From assembly GCA_001275005.1 (NCBI GenBank), contig JWZX01003401.1, positions 1-64,000 of the forward strand: 64,000 bases of DNA, in the 5' to 3' direction. This DNA comes from Chrysochromulina tobinii (lineage: Eukaryota). The notes under the pieces are model-generated. The model was not told the DNA's origin. It worked only from the letters and a program-made list of their open reading frames with translations, and did not search any database. Below, piece by piece: positions 11,240 through 22,693 of the stretch. The translations under genes were made by a program, and so were the position numbers. Numbering within the stretch: position 1 is the stretch's first letter; every line of letters starts with the position of its first letter.

Positions 11240-12508
11240 ATGCGTGCTCAAGTCCAGCAGCCTGTCGCGGCGTCGTCGTCCCGCAGTGCTGCTGCTGCCG
11301 CAACAGCGGCGGCTGTCACGGCCGCGCCACGATGGGCCGCGGCAGTCCTCGTCTCTGCGGCGCTCTCTCTGCAACCACCCTTGCCAGCGATCGCAGAGAC
11401 GACTACCGCTGGGTTTGAGGAGTTTGCCGCCGCAGGTGGCAAGATGAAAGCCGATCCGAATTGCTTCTTCACCGATTGCAAGGAGCCTACGAAGGCGTGC
11501 TTCACCAATCCTGCGTGCCTCAAAGGCATCACGTGCCTCGGCAACTGCCGTGGCGAGCAGCTGTGCGCAACCCAGTGCTTCGCACGCTTCGGGTCAGAGA
11601 AGCTCAACTCATGGCTGAGCTGCACCCTCGAAGAGAAGGAGTGCGTGAGCACGGGCGTGAAGCAAGACACGTCTAAATTCTATGCGAATGCGCCGCCAGT
11701 GGCTCCCGCGTTCAAGCCGTCGGACCTCGAGGGAAAGTGGTACAAAGTGCTCGGCTACAGCCCCAAGTACGACATGTACCCATGCCAGACAAACACCTTC
11801 ACTGCGCGCGCCGATGGTGGATTGGAAAACGACATCCTCTTCCGCGTCCCAAAGCCGGACGGCTCGGGCAGCTGGACGAACAACTTCAAGGAGACGATGG
11901 ATAACAGCAAGGGGCCACGCGGCACCGCCTCGATGGTGGTTGAGGGGAAGATGTTCGGTCTCACCTTCCATGAGGACTGGTACGTGATCGGAGTGGGCAA
12001 AGGATACCGCGTCGTTGCGTACAAGGGTGACACGCAGCAGGGTCCGTACGAAGGTGCCTTCGTCTTCACGGAGACGAAAGATGCGCTGCAAGGCAGCGCT
12101 AGCGATGCGATGAGGCTGGCCATCGACGCAGGTTGGTCCGAATCCCCACAGCACCGAATCCCCACAGCTCGCAGTTGATCCGTTTCTCATGCACGACCCA
12201 TGGACGCTCACCGTCCGTGTGCTGATGACCTCTGCTGATGACCTCTGATTGTTTCCCTCATCAGGCTCACCGTCCGTGTGCTGATCTCGCGCTCTGTGCT
12301 GTTCACAGACATTCGGCGCGGGGGGCTCGACCCCTCGCAGATGGCGCCCATCGACAACAGCTGCCCCGACGACACGATCGCCGCTGGAGTTTCGTCTACA
12401 GAAGCCTCCAAGGAGAAGCTCGAGTGGAAGGACGTCTTCGAACTGACGGAATGGTTCCGTCCGGGCACCCTCAAGAAAGACACTTCGTTCGACCCCAACA
12501 AAATGTAG
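11240..12508 (+). CDS. VDL: Violaxanthin de-epoxidase-like protein, probably plastid/lumen targeted; intron 12132-12308
   Basis: Cys-rich N-domain (CFFTDC..C..C..CLGNC..C..CFARFG..SC..CV) followed by a lipocalin region (GKWYKVLGYSPKYDMYPCQTNTF, FHEDWYV, YEGAFVF) and a terminal DNSC. The splice joins AIDA-D-IRRGGLDP. Ala-rich, hydrophobic presequence. VDL versus VDR subtype not resolved. Confidence 0.8.
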
Positions 12509-13380
12509 CAGAGCATTACCAGCACGCATTTTTGACGGCCAAATGCGTGAATTCGGTCGCGGATACGAACAAGCGAGGGGGAACAAGCTCGAAATGCCGT
12601 TACGACCATCCGCGCCCCGCCGGAGGGCCGCTCCCGCGCCGGACTCGGGCCGTGAGTGTTGATGATTTGTTTGATGATGACCTCGATGAATGGTTGAAGC
12701 GCATTTGAACTCAACACCGAACTTCCACACTCACGGACGGGATCGGGAACACGCTCCCGTCCGCTACGGTCAACGGTGGCACCGTCACCGGATGTCTATA
12801 ATCTGCGCTGGTCTCAAAATCGAATACATGTAGAATGTAAAGGTGAATATACTCAATCCGATCGTCTAAAAGTCAAAACGAAATCAAAATCACTCCTCGC
12901 TCGAGGCTAGGGTAGCGTCGCGCGTAGGTTCTAGGTATGTCGTTTCCTTGTGCGTGGTGCTGGCGTGGACCGTGGTCCACGGCCGCCGACCAGCGTGAGC
13001 GTCCCCGCGGTGCCGTTCTGCTGCGTTGAGCTCTTCACGTTCTCCTTCAGCGCAAACCCGCCGGCGTTCTCTGCACTCTTCTGCGCTGCCGTCACCAGTC
13101 TCTCCCCGCACCATGCACTCCTCTCTCTCTCTGGCCTCTCAATGCTCTCCTCCCCTGGGGCGCCTGCGCAATCGTGGCCCACATGCTCTCGGCTCTCTCG
13201 CGTCGCCTCTCTCGTCACCTCACACTGTGCAGCCCACACGTGAATGTGAACGCACTCTAGTGCAGATTGCCCAGCCGCCCCCACGCATGACCTCCGCTCC
13301 GCTGCACGCCATGCTTCACCACATGGATTGCGACAGGTGGCCTTTGCCGGAGAAAACGTCGAGCACGGACGGAGAGCTCT

Positions 13381-15876
13381 TCACATCGCACTCTCCGCTC
13401 CCGCCATCTCATTCTCCTTGGTCGTCGCTTTCACCTCCGCGATCAGTCGGCGCGTTGCCGCGCCCACGTCCTGGAGGAGAGCCGGCGCCGCCTCGCGCAG
13501 CTGCCCGAGGACCGAGCTCGCTCCCTTGGCCCTCTCGCTCGCCTCCCTCGCCAAGGTCTCAGAGGCGGCTCGCGCATGCTCGCCCGCGCCGCGCGCCCAG
13601 CTGCCCACCACTGCACCCGTCGACCTGGCGGCGGAGACGAATGAACTGGCGACGCTACAGTCGTCGCTGGCCGCCTCGGCGGCTGCCTCGCACGCCTCCG
13701 CACGCGCCAACGCCTGGCGAAGGCTGCGCGCGAGCAACCCTTTCTCGTCCGCAGCCGAACGCTCGGCCACCCGAAGTGCGTCGTCCCGCTCCCTTAGCTC
13801 GCGCTCCCTTAGCTCTGCAAGGGCTTGCGCCTGAATGAGCTGCCCTCGCACCTCTGCCAGTGCGTTCTCGTAGCGCGCAGTCAGCATCGCCTTCTCATGC
13901 CCCGAGCTTCCCCAACTGCTGCCGTGCGAGCTCCAGCTGCCGGCTGGCTGATAGGTCAGTGCCGGTGGCCCAGCGCACAGCGTGAGGCGCCATCGCGGCG
14001 CCCAGCGCGAGCAGGAGCACCAGCAACGTGCGTGCGGCGAGCTTGGGCGGCACACCGAGCGCTAGGCACACCTCCGCCGCCGTTGATCGCAAGCCTGCCG
14101 CCCGCCGTTGAATCCCGTGCACCCCGCGCGCGGCGCGCGAAACCACCGCTTTGGCAGCCAGCGCCGCTGCGGTCGTGGAGCGACGCGAGAGGGGCCGTGA
14201 AGCTCGCCAGATCTCATACCTATTGAGGGAGGCAATCAGATGCTATCAGAGGCAATTAATTAGAGGCAATCAGGGCCGTGAGCTCGCCAGATCTCGTACT
14301 TGGAGCGCGCGGCCATTTTAAGGTCGTGCCACTGGCCCGACCACATGAGCAGGTTGCGCAGCGCGGGCAGGTCCGAGTGCGCCGGCTCTGAGGAGAGCGC
14401 GTCGCCCCATGGGTACTTGCGTAGGTAGACCTGATGCCCGGCGTCGAGAAATGCGTCGGTCGAGCCGATCACGGCCCACGGCTGCTGGTATTCACACTTA
14501 TCCTGCGCCTCCATGGAGCGGATGACACCCTGGTCGAAGGCGTACGCCTCGATGCCCTCCCGCTGCAGCGTCTCGCGCAGCTGCTGCTTAAACTCCTCCT
14601 TCTCCTTGGTGGTCATCGTGTCGGACTTGGCGATGATCGGCACGATGTTCACCTTCTTGTGCAGCGCGCGCATGAAGGCGATGTCCATGTGCTTGAGACG
14701 ATGCGGCGCGATGAAGTACAGGCACACGTGTACGAGCGGGTCCTGCAGCCGCAGTCGCTCTGCGTCGCGAGGCGACCACGAAGATTCCGCTCGCAGCTGG
14801 CGCTCGAAGAGGCCGTCAATGTACTGCTCGACGACGTCAAACGACTCCTGGGCGTCGAGCGACTCGCCGTAGCCGGGCGTGTCGACGAGGGTGACCTGCA
14901 GCTCGTGCTTGCCCACCGTGATCGAGAAGGGGTCGAAGGCCTTGATGCACACCGTCGCGCTCGTGAGCGCGCGCCGGCTTCGTCGACTGCGTCGCTCAAT
15001 GGTGTCGTCGTCGTCGTCGGCGCCGTCGTCGTCGGCGCCACCCGGGCCGCCTGCCGGCTCGTCGGAGGCGCGGCGCATCTGCTTGAGTTGGATGTGCACT
15101 GCGTCGCACTCGCTCTGCAGGATGCTCGCCTCGAGCTGTCGCTCCGCCGCCGCCACGAAGTCGGCCTGGTCGGCCGCTCGCTTCATCTCGAGTCGCCTCC
15201 CGCGGCAGCACTCGCGCAGTGAGCGCAGCTCGTTGCGCTGGCGCTCGTCGGCGGCCGAGAGCTCCTTGAGCTTGGCGCCGAGCGCCGCCATCGACTGGCC
15301 CATCTGCTCGATCTCCGCCTGCTTGGCACTCGCCCTTGTGTACTGCGCCTTCTCGACCGCCGCCTGCAGCTCGCGCTCGGCCGCGTTGCGCTGCGCGCCC
15401 GCCTCGGCGAGCTGGCGGCGCGTCTCGATCTCGATGGCCGTCTCCTTGCGCTCGAAGAGGGCAAAAGAGGCCTCGTCGTCTTTGAATGACTGGAAGAAGG
15501 ATTCGAGCAGCGTCGTCTTGCCGAGGCCTGCCTCGCCCACCACCATCAGGTTGAAGGACTCCATCGCAGGCTCACGCAGCGTCTTGGGTTCGGTGATGCG
15601 ACCATGGTACGGATCGTGGTGCGGCGTGCTGCCGCTGCGCGGGGAGGCGACGTTCGCCGAGTAAGCCGCCTTCATCGTGCGGTACTCGATGCCGATCGAG
15701 CCATCAGGCACCAGATCGTCACCGCCCTGCCCAGTCTCACCGCCGCCGGTAGTGGTGGACGCCAAGTCCCATTCATGATCCGCTTCCCATGTCTCGAGCG
15801 GGAGTCCTGAGGCACCCGAGGCACCCGAGAGGTGGCGGAACGAGTCGGACAGCTGCTCGCTGCCTCTGGATTCCAT
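13381..15876 (-). CDS. Septin with UVR-like coiled-coil insertion and C-terminal TM + coiled coil; intron 14220-14299; apparent frameshift at 13900-13903
   Basis: G1 GEAGLGKTT, G3 DTPGYG, G4 AKSD, plus the septin motifs VHVCLYFI..HRLKHMDI and RKYPWG..HSDLPALR. The intron restores SK-YEIWRASRP in frame. Confidence 0.85.
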
Positions 15877-16211
15877 GCTGTCGCCGCTTTTCCCACGAAA
15901 GGCTGGACGGAGGGTTGATTACTTCTGCCAGTTCTGCAGCTTTGCAAAGTTCGATCGGCGAAGAACGCTTCGGACCCCACAGGGCCTCCTTCGCATGGAC
16001 GGAGGTGTGACCGATGGGGTTGAAATCGTACCAGGGTCCACACAATGTAGATATGGCGAGGCAACCACCTAACCCGTTAATTTCAGTCAGAACTGGAACA
16101 TCGGATCTACGCGAATGTCAGTTATTGTGCGTCGTGTGGTTGTGACCTACTAGTACTAACCTCCAGCTACTCTGCAAGCAGATCAATCCCGTCGCTCGCG
16201 TATCGCTCGCG

Positions 16212-18203
16212 TTAACGCTGCGATTCCGGCGTCCGTGCGTCTCGCAGCGTCAGCGGCACCTCCAAGCTCTCTAGTGGCGGCACCACCTCCATAGCCTGAG
16301 AGCACACCTTGGGGTTGGGTTTGGGGTTGGGCAGGCCCGGTGCCCTCTTGGGCTGGAGACCAGGCTGGACTCGGGGCTGGAGCGGTGCGTCGTCGTCGTA
16401 AAAGTCGTCCTCGTTGCAGATGCGGCAGACCTCAAAGGCGACACGGACGTCGACGTCCTCGCTCGCGCGCTGGGCGACAGGCGCCGTCGACAATGCCCCG
16501 TCACTGCCAGGGCTGCCTTGCCTGCCGGGGCTGCCTTGCCTGCCAGGGCTGCCTTGCCTGCCGGGGCTGCCTTGCCTGCCGGGGCTGCCTCGCAAGCTGC
16601 CTGGTCGGCCGGGGCTGTTCGGGCGCGAGTGCATAGTGGGCGTTAGTACCTGGGTTGGTACGTCGATCAGCTCGCGGTCGGGCAGCCCGCTATCGAGGCA
16701 CACGTGGCGGAAAACGTTCGTGTAGTACGAGGTGACGATACGAAGATCCGTCGAGATCGTGAAGCGCTTCGTAAAGCGGAGCGCAGCAGCGACACGCGGC
16801 GGGTGGAGCCGCTCAGGCATCTCGGCGAGCTTGGCGACACATTTCGCGGCCAGCTCGTCGTACGTCTTCAGTTTCGTCAACGGCAAGGGCATCTTTGCGA
16901 GATCGAGCCGATTGATACGAGGCTTGAGGAGCTCGCTCGCGCGCGCCTCCGTGTAGCACCAACCGCTCTGCTCGTACGTAGTCATCTCGGCGGGCGCGTC
17001 GGCCGGCAGTGCCGTATGCATCCAGATGAGCGTATGCGCGTGCCCGTACCACACCTTCGATGCCTCGAGCCCACGCAGGTAAAGAACCTTCTGTTTGGGC
17101 GAGCGCGCAGCGTGGCGTACTGGCTTGGGCTGGTAGAGCGACGCCCAATCCCAAAACAGGGCGAATTCCACCGCATCGAGGCCGAGGGGGGCGAAGATGA
17201 GCGCGCGCAGCCCGCTCGCAGAGCACTTGTTCTCCAGGTACAGTCGGCACGCCGCGCCTACTCGCTCCAGATGGAAGCAGTTCGGGTCGGGCTCGAACGT
17301 GGACAGCCAGCGGCAACTAACGGACACGAAGAGCTTACCGAAGCGGCGCGTCGCCTCTGGTGCACCGACGAGGGCCTTGAGCCCGTCGTAGATGCCCTGC
17401 AGCTCGCCCGCTGTCCAGAAGCGCTTATGTGGGATGTCCTGCCGGCACATGAGCTTCTGCCCATCGGCAGCGCACGCAGCGACATACGAGCCACGCACGG
17501 CGGCCACCGCGCCCGTCGACACCGATTCGATGAGCGCAGCCACATCGAAATAGTCGCGATGGCGTAGCCGGGCGAAGATCTTCGATTGGTGGTAGAAGCG
17601 CTGCACAAGCGCCGCCGCCGATGACTGGGCTCGAAAGAGCGCCTCTTCCTCGGCTACCCTCGCGCGCCGCTGTTGCTCGAGCTCCGCCCGTCGTTGCGCC
17701 GCTGACGCCGCCTCCGCTGCTGCTGCCGCCTCCGCTGCCGCGGCCTCTGCCGCCTCTGCCACCGCCGCCGCTGCGGACGCCGCCGCCGCCGCTGCCGCCT
17801 CCGCTGCTGCCGCCTCTGCCGCCTCTGCCGCCTCTGCCACCGCCGCTGCTGCCTCTGCTGCCGTCAGATGAGGCTGATGTCGCCTCTGCTGCCCAAGCTC
17901 ACGCCGCCGTCTGGGCGACACGCGCCCGGGAGAGAGAGGCCATCCCATCGTCTCGTCCAAGTTGGGCGGGCGCGCCGTCGGCAGGCACAGCTCGTAAGCA
18001 CGCTCCAGCTTCGCCTTCTTCTGCTTCTCCAGCTCCATCGCCTTGCGCTGCGCCTCCTTGCTGCTGCGTGAGGAGGCGGACCTAGTGGACCGAGGTTGGC
18101 GCGAGCTGGTGGACGGTGAGGAGATGAAGTTACGCGTCGGTGTCCTGCAGGGCCTCGAGCTAGGCTTCTTGGGCGCCGCGGCCACGGCCATCGACTGCCA
18201 CAT
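16212..18203 (-). CDS. IQ-motif + HET-like domain protein
   Basis: AALVQRFY is IQ-like. VSVSCRWL..PDP, LFWDWASLYQ, WYGH and Y..SGWCYTE match the HET-like pattern seen in protist proteins. Start uncertain (18281, 18203 or 18191). Confidence 0.65.
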   Translation of the reverse strand: MWQSMAVAAAPKKPSSRPCRTPTRNFISSPSTSSRQPRSTRSASSRSSKEAQRKAMELEKQKKAKLERAYELCLPTARPPNLDETMGWPLSPGRVSPRRRRELGQQRRHQPHLTAAEAAAAVAEAAEAAEAAAAEAAAAAAASAAAAVAEAAEAAAAEAAAAAEAASAAQRRAELEQQRRARVAEEEALFRAQSSAAALVQRFYHQSKIFARLRHRDYFDVAALIESVSTGAVAAVRGSYVAACAADGQKLMCRQDIPHKRFWTAGELQGIYDGLKALVGAPEATRRFGKLFVSVSCRWLSTFEPDPNCFHLERVGAACRLYLENKCSASGLRALIFAPLGLDAVEFALFWDWASLYQPKPVRHAARSPKQKVLYLRGLEASKVWYGHAHTLIWMHTALPADAPAEMTTYEQSGWCYTEARASELLKPRINRLDLAKMPLPLTKLKTYDELAAKCVAKLAEMPERLHPPRVAAALRFTKRFTISTDLRIVTSYYTNVFRHVCLDSGLPDRELIDVPTQVLTPTMHSRPNSPGRPGSLRGSPGRQGSPGRQGSPGRQGSPGRQGSPGSDGALSTAPVAQRASEDVDVRVAFEVCRICNEDDFYDDDAPLQPRVQPGLQPKRAPGLPNPKPNPKVCSQAMEVVPPLESLEVPLTLRDARTPESQR
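16504..16590. repeat. 18-nt coding minisatellite x~5 (GSPGRQ)
   Basis: ctgcc(a/g)gggctgccttgc repeated. Confidence 0.95.
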
Positions 18204-18326
18204 CGACAGTCCGTCCACACTTTTGTCGCTCAAAAAGTGCAGTTTTTTTCTTTTTTCTGATTCATTGCGTTCACTTTGCATGCGCTCGCAAGCAAGTCAG
18301 TTCAACGTACTAGCATCTCAAAGCTT

Positions 18327-20062
18327 TTAACGCCAGCTTCTTGGTTGCTTGACCACTCCGCCAAAGCGTCGTGTCGATGCCCCCGAAGACGATGCGCGAC
18401 GGGAAGACGCCGCGCCGGACGCGTCGTCCTGGGAGCTCGAGCTGCTGCGATGAGAACTCTGCACGCCCCCATGCACGCCTTCATCGATGGCGTTCGTGCT
18501 CGGTGGTGCCCCCTTGGTGCCTTGCCTGATTTGGATGCCTTGATCGGGGGGGTCGAGACTGGCTTCGGGGTTTGGATATTTGAGCATCATGGATTCGGGC
18601 CTTGCCTGATTTGGATGTCTCGGAAGGAGCATTTGGGGTTCAGGCCTGGGAATGAGCGGCTTCGTCTTCATGAGGGCCACCTCCCTCTTCATCAGGCCGA
18701 CAGTGGCTTGCATCTCGGAGACCATCTTCGCGAGCGAGCCGAGCTCGTCGACCTTGCCAAGCAGCTTCTCAAGTTTCGTCATCGCCTCGGCCGAAATCAC
18801 AGCTTGCGGCTCGTCGGAGGCTGTGAGCGCCGTCGCGGGCGACGCGGGAGACGGCGCGGTGGTCATTGCGGCCGCGGACAGCGCGGTCGGCTCGTCGACC
18901 ACATCGTCATCCTCATCCTCGCCGTCCCCTTTTCCGAAGCTGTCGAGCAGCACGGCCACGACCACGTTGAGCAGCACCACCTTCATCAAGATCCGGAAGG
19001 AGTAGAAGTACGTGAGGACGATGGGGTCGTCGCCGCCGCCCGTCGAGGTGAGGCCAAAGATGAGCGGGCGCGCAACCGCCTCCGACCATGACTCGCCCGA
19101 CTGCACTTGGAAGAGCGTGTACATGGCGCGCGAGAAGGTGCCGTAGTACTCCATCCCGTAGACGTATCCGCGCTTCGTCAAGCTCGTGATGACCAACGTG
19201 TCGTCCGTCACGTCATCATACGTTTCGTAGGAGCCGCCCGCGCCAAAGCCGCGGAAGAGCTCGACGGCGAGGATGGCGTAGATGGCGAAGAAGATGAACA
19301 TCACCACGAAGGCGTACGAGACGGCCGGGATCGACTTGAGGATCGACACGATGATCTGGTTGAGCTCCTTGACACGCTTGAAGAGGCGGAAGACGCGGAA
19401 GGCGCGCATGAGCTTGAGCTTGTCAAATGGCGGCCCAAGAACGTTTGCCATCGTCGCCACGCCCACCGCCACAATAATGGTATCGAAGATGTTCCAACCA
19501 GTGATCCACTCTTTGACAGGCCCGCCATACCCCCACACGTTGGCCCACAGCTCGAAGATGAAGATGATGTTGAAGAAGGTGTCGGCGCCGTACCACAATC
19601 CCGGGTATTGCAGATCATTGGCGTCGGGATCGATCTCCTTCTCGACGATGTTGATCACGAAGTTTGCCATGATGATGAGCGCGACTGCCCCGGCGGTCAC
19701 TGGGTGCTTGTAGAAGTCGTGCACCGCCTCTTGGAGGGGCAGCTGTTTCCCCGCGCCGAGCACGGAGCTTTCAATTCTCTGGGTGTCGTGGGCCACTTGG
19801 GTGATCACATCCAAGAATTCGGTCATCTTCAACACCTTCCTACCGGGAACTCGTCGAGCATTTCGTCGCTGATCTTGACGCAGCAGTCGAGCTTGGGGTT
19901 GAACATCGTGACGAGTGCCTTGTGCAACTCGCTCCTCCCGATACCACCGCTCCGATTCGTATCAAACTTGCGGAAGAGCTTTTCTGCTTCGTGCACTTTC
20001 ACGCTCACTTCCTTTTTCCGCGCCGGCGTCGTAGGGCGTCTGGCCGCGGCCACGGACGCCAT
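18327..20062 (-). CDS. Single-domain 6TM voltage-gated cation channel (EukCatB/BacNav-like) with N-terminal EF-hand; apparent frameshift at 19845-19847
   Basis: S3 WNIFDTIIV, S4 KLKLMRAFRVFRLFKR, pore TLFQVQSGESWSEAVARP, S6 LLNVVVAVLLDSF and a C-terminal coiled coil. The upstream ORF has the EF loop DTNRSGGIGRSE and joins if one C is added to CCC on the sense strand. Confidence 0.85.
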
Positions 20063-20334
20063 CTGGTGGCTAGGACGCTCACTCGAATCGCTGATGGGCG
20101 CGTGTGCCGCGTGCGCTCCTCGAGCAGCTGCACGAGGCTCTCCGTCGAAAAGTTAAAAAGCCAATTCGCAAAAATTGCATGCGATGGTCGCCTAATTTTT
20201 TTCGCTGCACAAAGAGTGAGGTGTGCATGCTTTGTCGCTTTCTACGAGTCGACCCCAATCCCAAACATGGTTCTCGCCGACAACACTAACACTTATTCCA
20301 CTCTCATACACGTAGTCTCATTCCTAAAACTGGA

Positions 20335-20467
20335 GTCAAGTCAAGTCAGTTCAAATCTATACAGAAACAACAGACAACCATACGGAAGCCTATCGAATGT
20401 GCTCCGGAAGCCAGCAGGGGAGGACGGGAGTCGATGGAGATGCCTTGACTTGACTTGTCTTGACTTG
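20335..20467. mobile_element. Small dispersed element, copy A: (TCAAG)n-core-(CTTGA)n
   Basis: The core aaacaacagacaaccatacggaagcctatcgaatgtgctccggaagccagc is shared exactly with copies B and C. Both ends carry inverted pentamer arrays. Confidence 0.65.
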
Positions 20468-20600
20468 TCAAGTCTAGTCAAGTCTATACATAAACAACAG
20501 ACAACCATACGGAAGCCTATCGAATGTGCTCCGGAAGCCAGCGCAGCAGTGAAGGACGGGAGTGGGCGGAGATTGACTTGACTTGACTTGACTTGACTTG
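20468..20600. mobile_element. Small dispersed element, copy B (head-to-tail with copy A)
   Basis: Same core as copy A. Ends in ~5 CTTGA units, 17 nt before the ATG at 20618. Confidence 0.65.
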
Positions 20601-20617
20601 CTCCCTCCAGCGGGGCG

Positions 20618-22661
20618 ATGACGGCGATGGCTACCGGGCCAGATGAGGACGATTCGTCGGACTCGGACGACGACGCGCTCTCCCTCGCGACCTCGCTCAA
20701 TTCCTCATTTTTGAGGGCACCTGCGCCGCCGCCGTCGCCGCCACCGGAAGACCCGCTCAAGCTCGTCGCGGTGCTCGGAGCCAATGGACTCTCACACCTT
20801 GCGGGCGCTGGCCGTGAGCGCTTGCTGCTGCGAAGCGGCGGCGTGGTCTGGACGCTCGGACCGTGCGACTCCGACCCGCCGCGCTTCTTGCCAGTCGGCG
20901 CCGCCGGTCGGCATGGCCCTGGTGGCGCGCCCGTCGAGGCGGCCGCCTGCAGCCCGGGAGGCTTGATTGTGCTCGCGCACGCTGCCGGGGCGGGCAAGCC
21001 TGCGTCGCTGACCGTGTGGAGCGCGCCGGCGCTCGGGCTACAGACGCCGCGCTGCCTCGCCAGCATACCCATCGGACGCGCTCTCGGGGGGGGCGGCGCA
21101 TCCGCCGTCGGCTTCGCTGGCGGTACTGGCGTCCCCTTCGTGTGGGTCGCCTCAAGGGCGGGCCGCGGCGCGGGCGTGCTCGTCTTCGATTGGCGGAGCG
21201 CGTACGAGCAGGCCGAGGCGGAGCAGACCGAGGTGGTGAGCGGCGGTGCGCTCGTGGCCGAATGGACACCCGGCGGTCCTGGCCGCGTCGTGCACCACGT
21301 CATCAGCGACGGCGGCGCCGCTGACGTGATTGCATGCGGTGCATCCTTCCTGTGCTTCCTCTCTCTCGAACGCTCCTACAACCCCTTCGCGACGCTGTCC
21401 GAACGGGCAGCCGCCATGGCGGGCGCGTCGTCGGCCACGGACAAGCGCACGCTCGCCGCCGGCGTCGACGGCGGCGTCGTGCCCGGCGGTATGTCCTCCA
21501 CTTGGAGGCCCAACGCACCTTGGGACACTTCGGTGCGTGTTCCTCAGCAGCGCGCCATCGGCGCCGGCGGGGCCGACGGCCTGGGCGGCGGATTCCGATG
21601 GGGCGGCGAGTACGAGGACGACGCGGAGGCGACGCTCGAACGCGCAGCGATGCCGCCACCCTCGACGCAGGCTCGACTCCTTCTGGATGCAGCCCACGCC
21701 GGCGGCCGCGGCGGCGGTGGCGTCGCAGTCGGCTCTGCTGCGGCGGAGGCCGCGACTGGCACGGTAGTGCTGGCGAGCACGGCGGGTGCGCCCCATGGCA
21801 GTGCACTCGGAAGCCACGTGCGCGCGGCGGTACTCCGTCCCACGTTCGCGCCGCACGGCGACATCGCCGCTCTGAAACCACTGCACTGCCTCGCGTGTGA
21901 GCCTTGTGTGGGGGGCTCGGGGGCGGTGCCTGCACCGACGGCGGCGGTGACCAGCGAGAGCGTGGCCGAAGCAGCACGCAGCCGGCGCGTGCTCGCGGGC
22001 GCGCTGGACGGGACAGTGCTCGAGGCGGCGCGCGGCCGCCTCGTAACCGTCGCTTGGGCTGCTCATAAGGGCGTCGTGAGTGCCGTCACCTATGCCGGCG
22101 GCGGTCGTCTGGCCCTCGCTGCGACTGTCGGTGAGGATGGGTACCTTCGGCTTTGGGCGCTCGGGGCGGCACGGGTGTCCTCGGCACAGCAGCGTCACGA
22201 CGAGGACGCCGCTCGCCGTGGCCGGCCAGCCAGCCGTCTTGGCTCACGCGATGCCACCCCGAAGCGCGGCGACAGCGGAGGCGCTTCCGCACCACCAACG
22301 GCCACTGCAACGCCGCAGCTGCTGGCGCAGTGGGACATGCGCGCCACCGGACTCGGCGGCCCCGCATCCGGCCTGGCCGGCGCCAGCGGTAGCGTCGCGG
22401 CCGCCTCCTCGCTTGCGTGGACGTCCGGTCGAGTGGACTTGCGCCGCGTCGCTCGAGCATGCCTCGCGTGCGTACCGTGCACCGCAGACGGCGCAGCCTT
22501 TGACCTCGTTCTGCAGTGCGGTGCCGGCGTGCATGCAATCACCGTGCGTCTGCCGACGAAGGCCACTCGCGTCAATGAGAACGGTCGGGGGAACGGCCGC
22601 GTCTATTCGCGTGAGCTCGATGGAGGGCCTCTCTCGCAACTGTCGGGCTCAATCGCGCAGA

Positions 22662-22693
<32 letters not shown>

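Noticed and set aside
12890..13330. Short ORFs in the CT-rich region after the septin
   Set aside because: Low complexity, no motifs; likely UTR or intergenic sequence.
16310..16332. Telomere-like ggggttgggtttggggttggg as an intron remnant
   Set aside because: It reads in frame (PNPKPNPK) and no convincing splice donor could be assigned.
20335..20600. CRISPR-like repeat-spacer reading of the repeated core
   Set aside because: Only two adjacent copies, no unique equal-length spacers, no cas genes, and a eukaryotic context.
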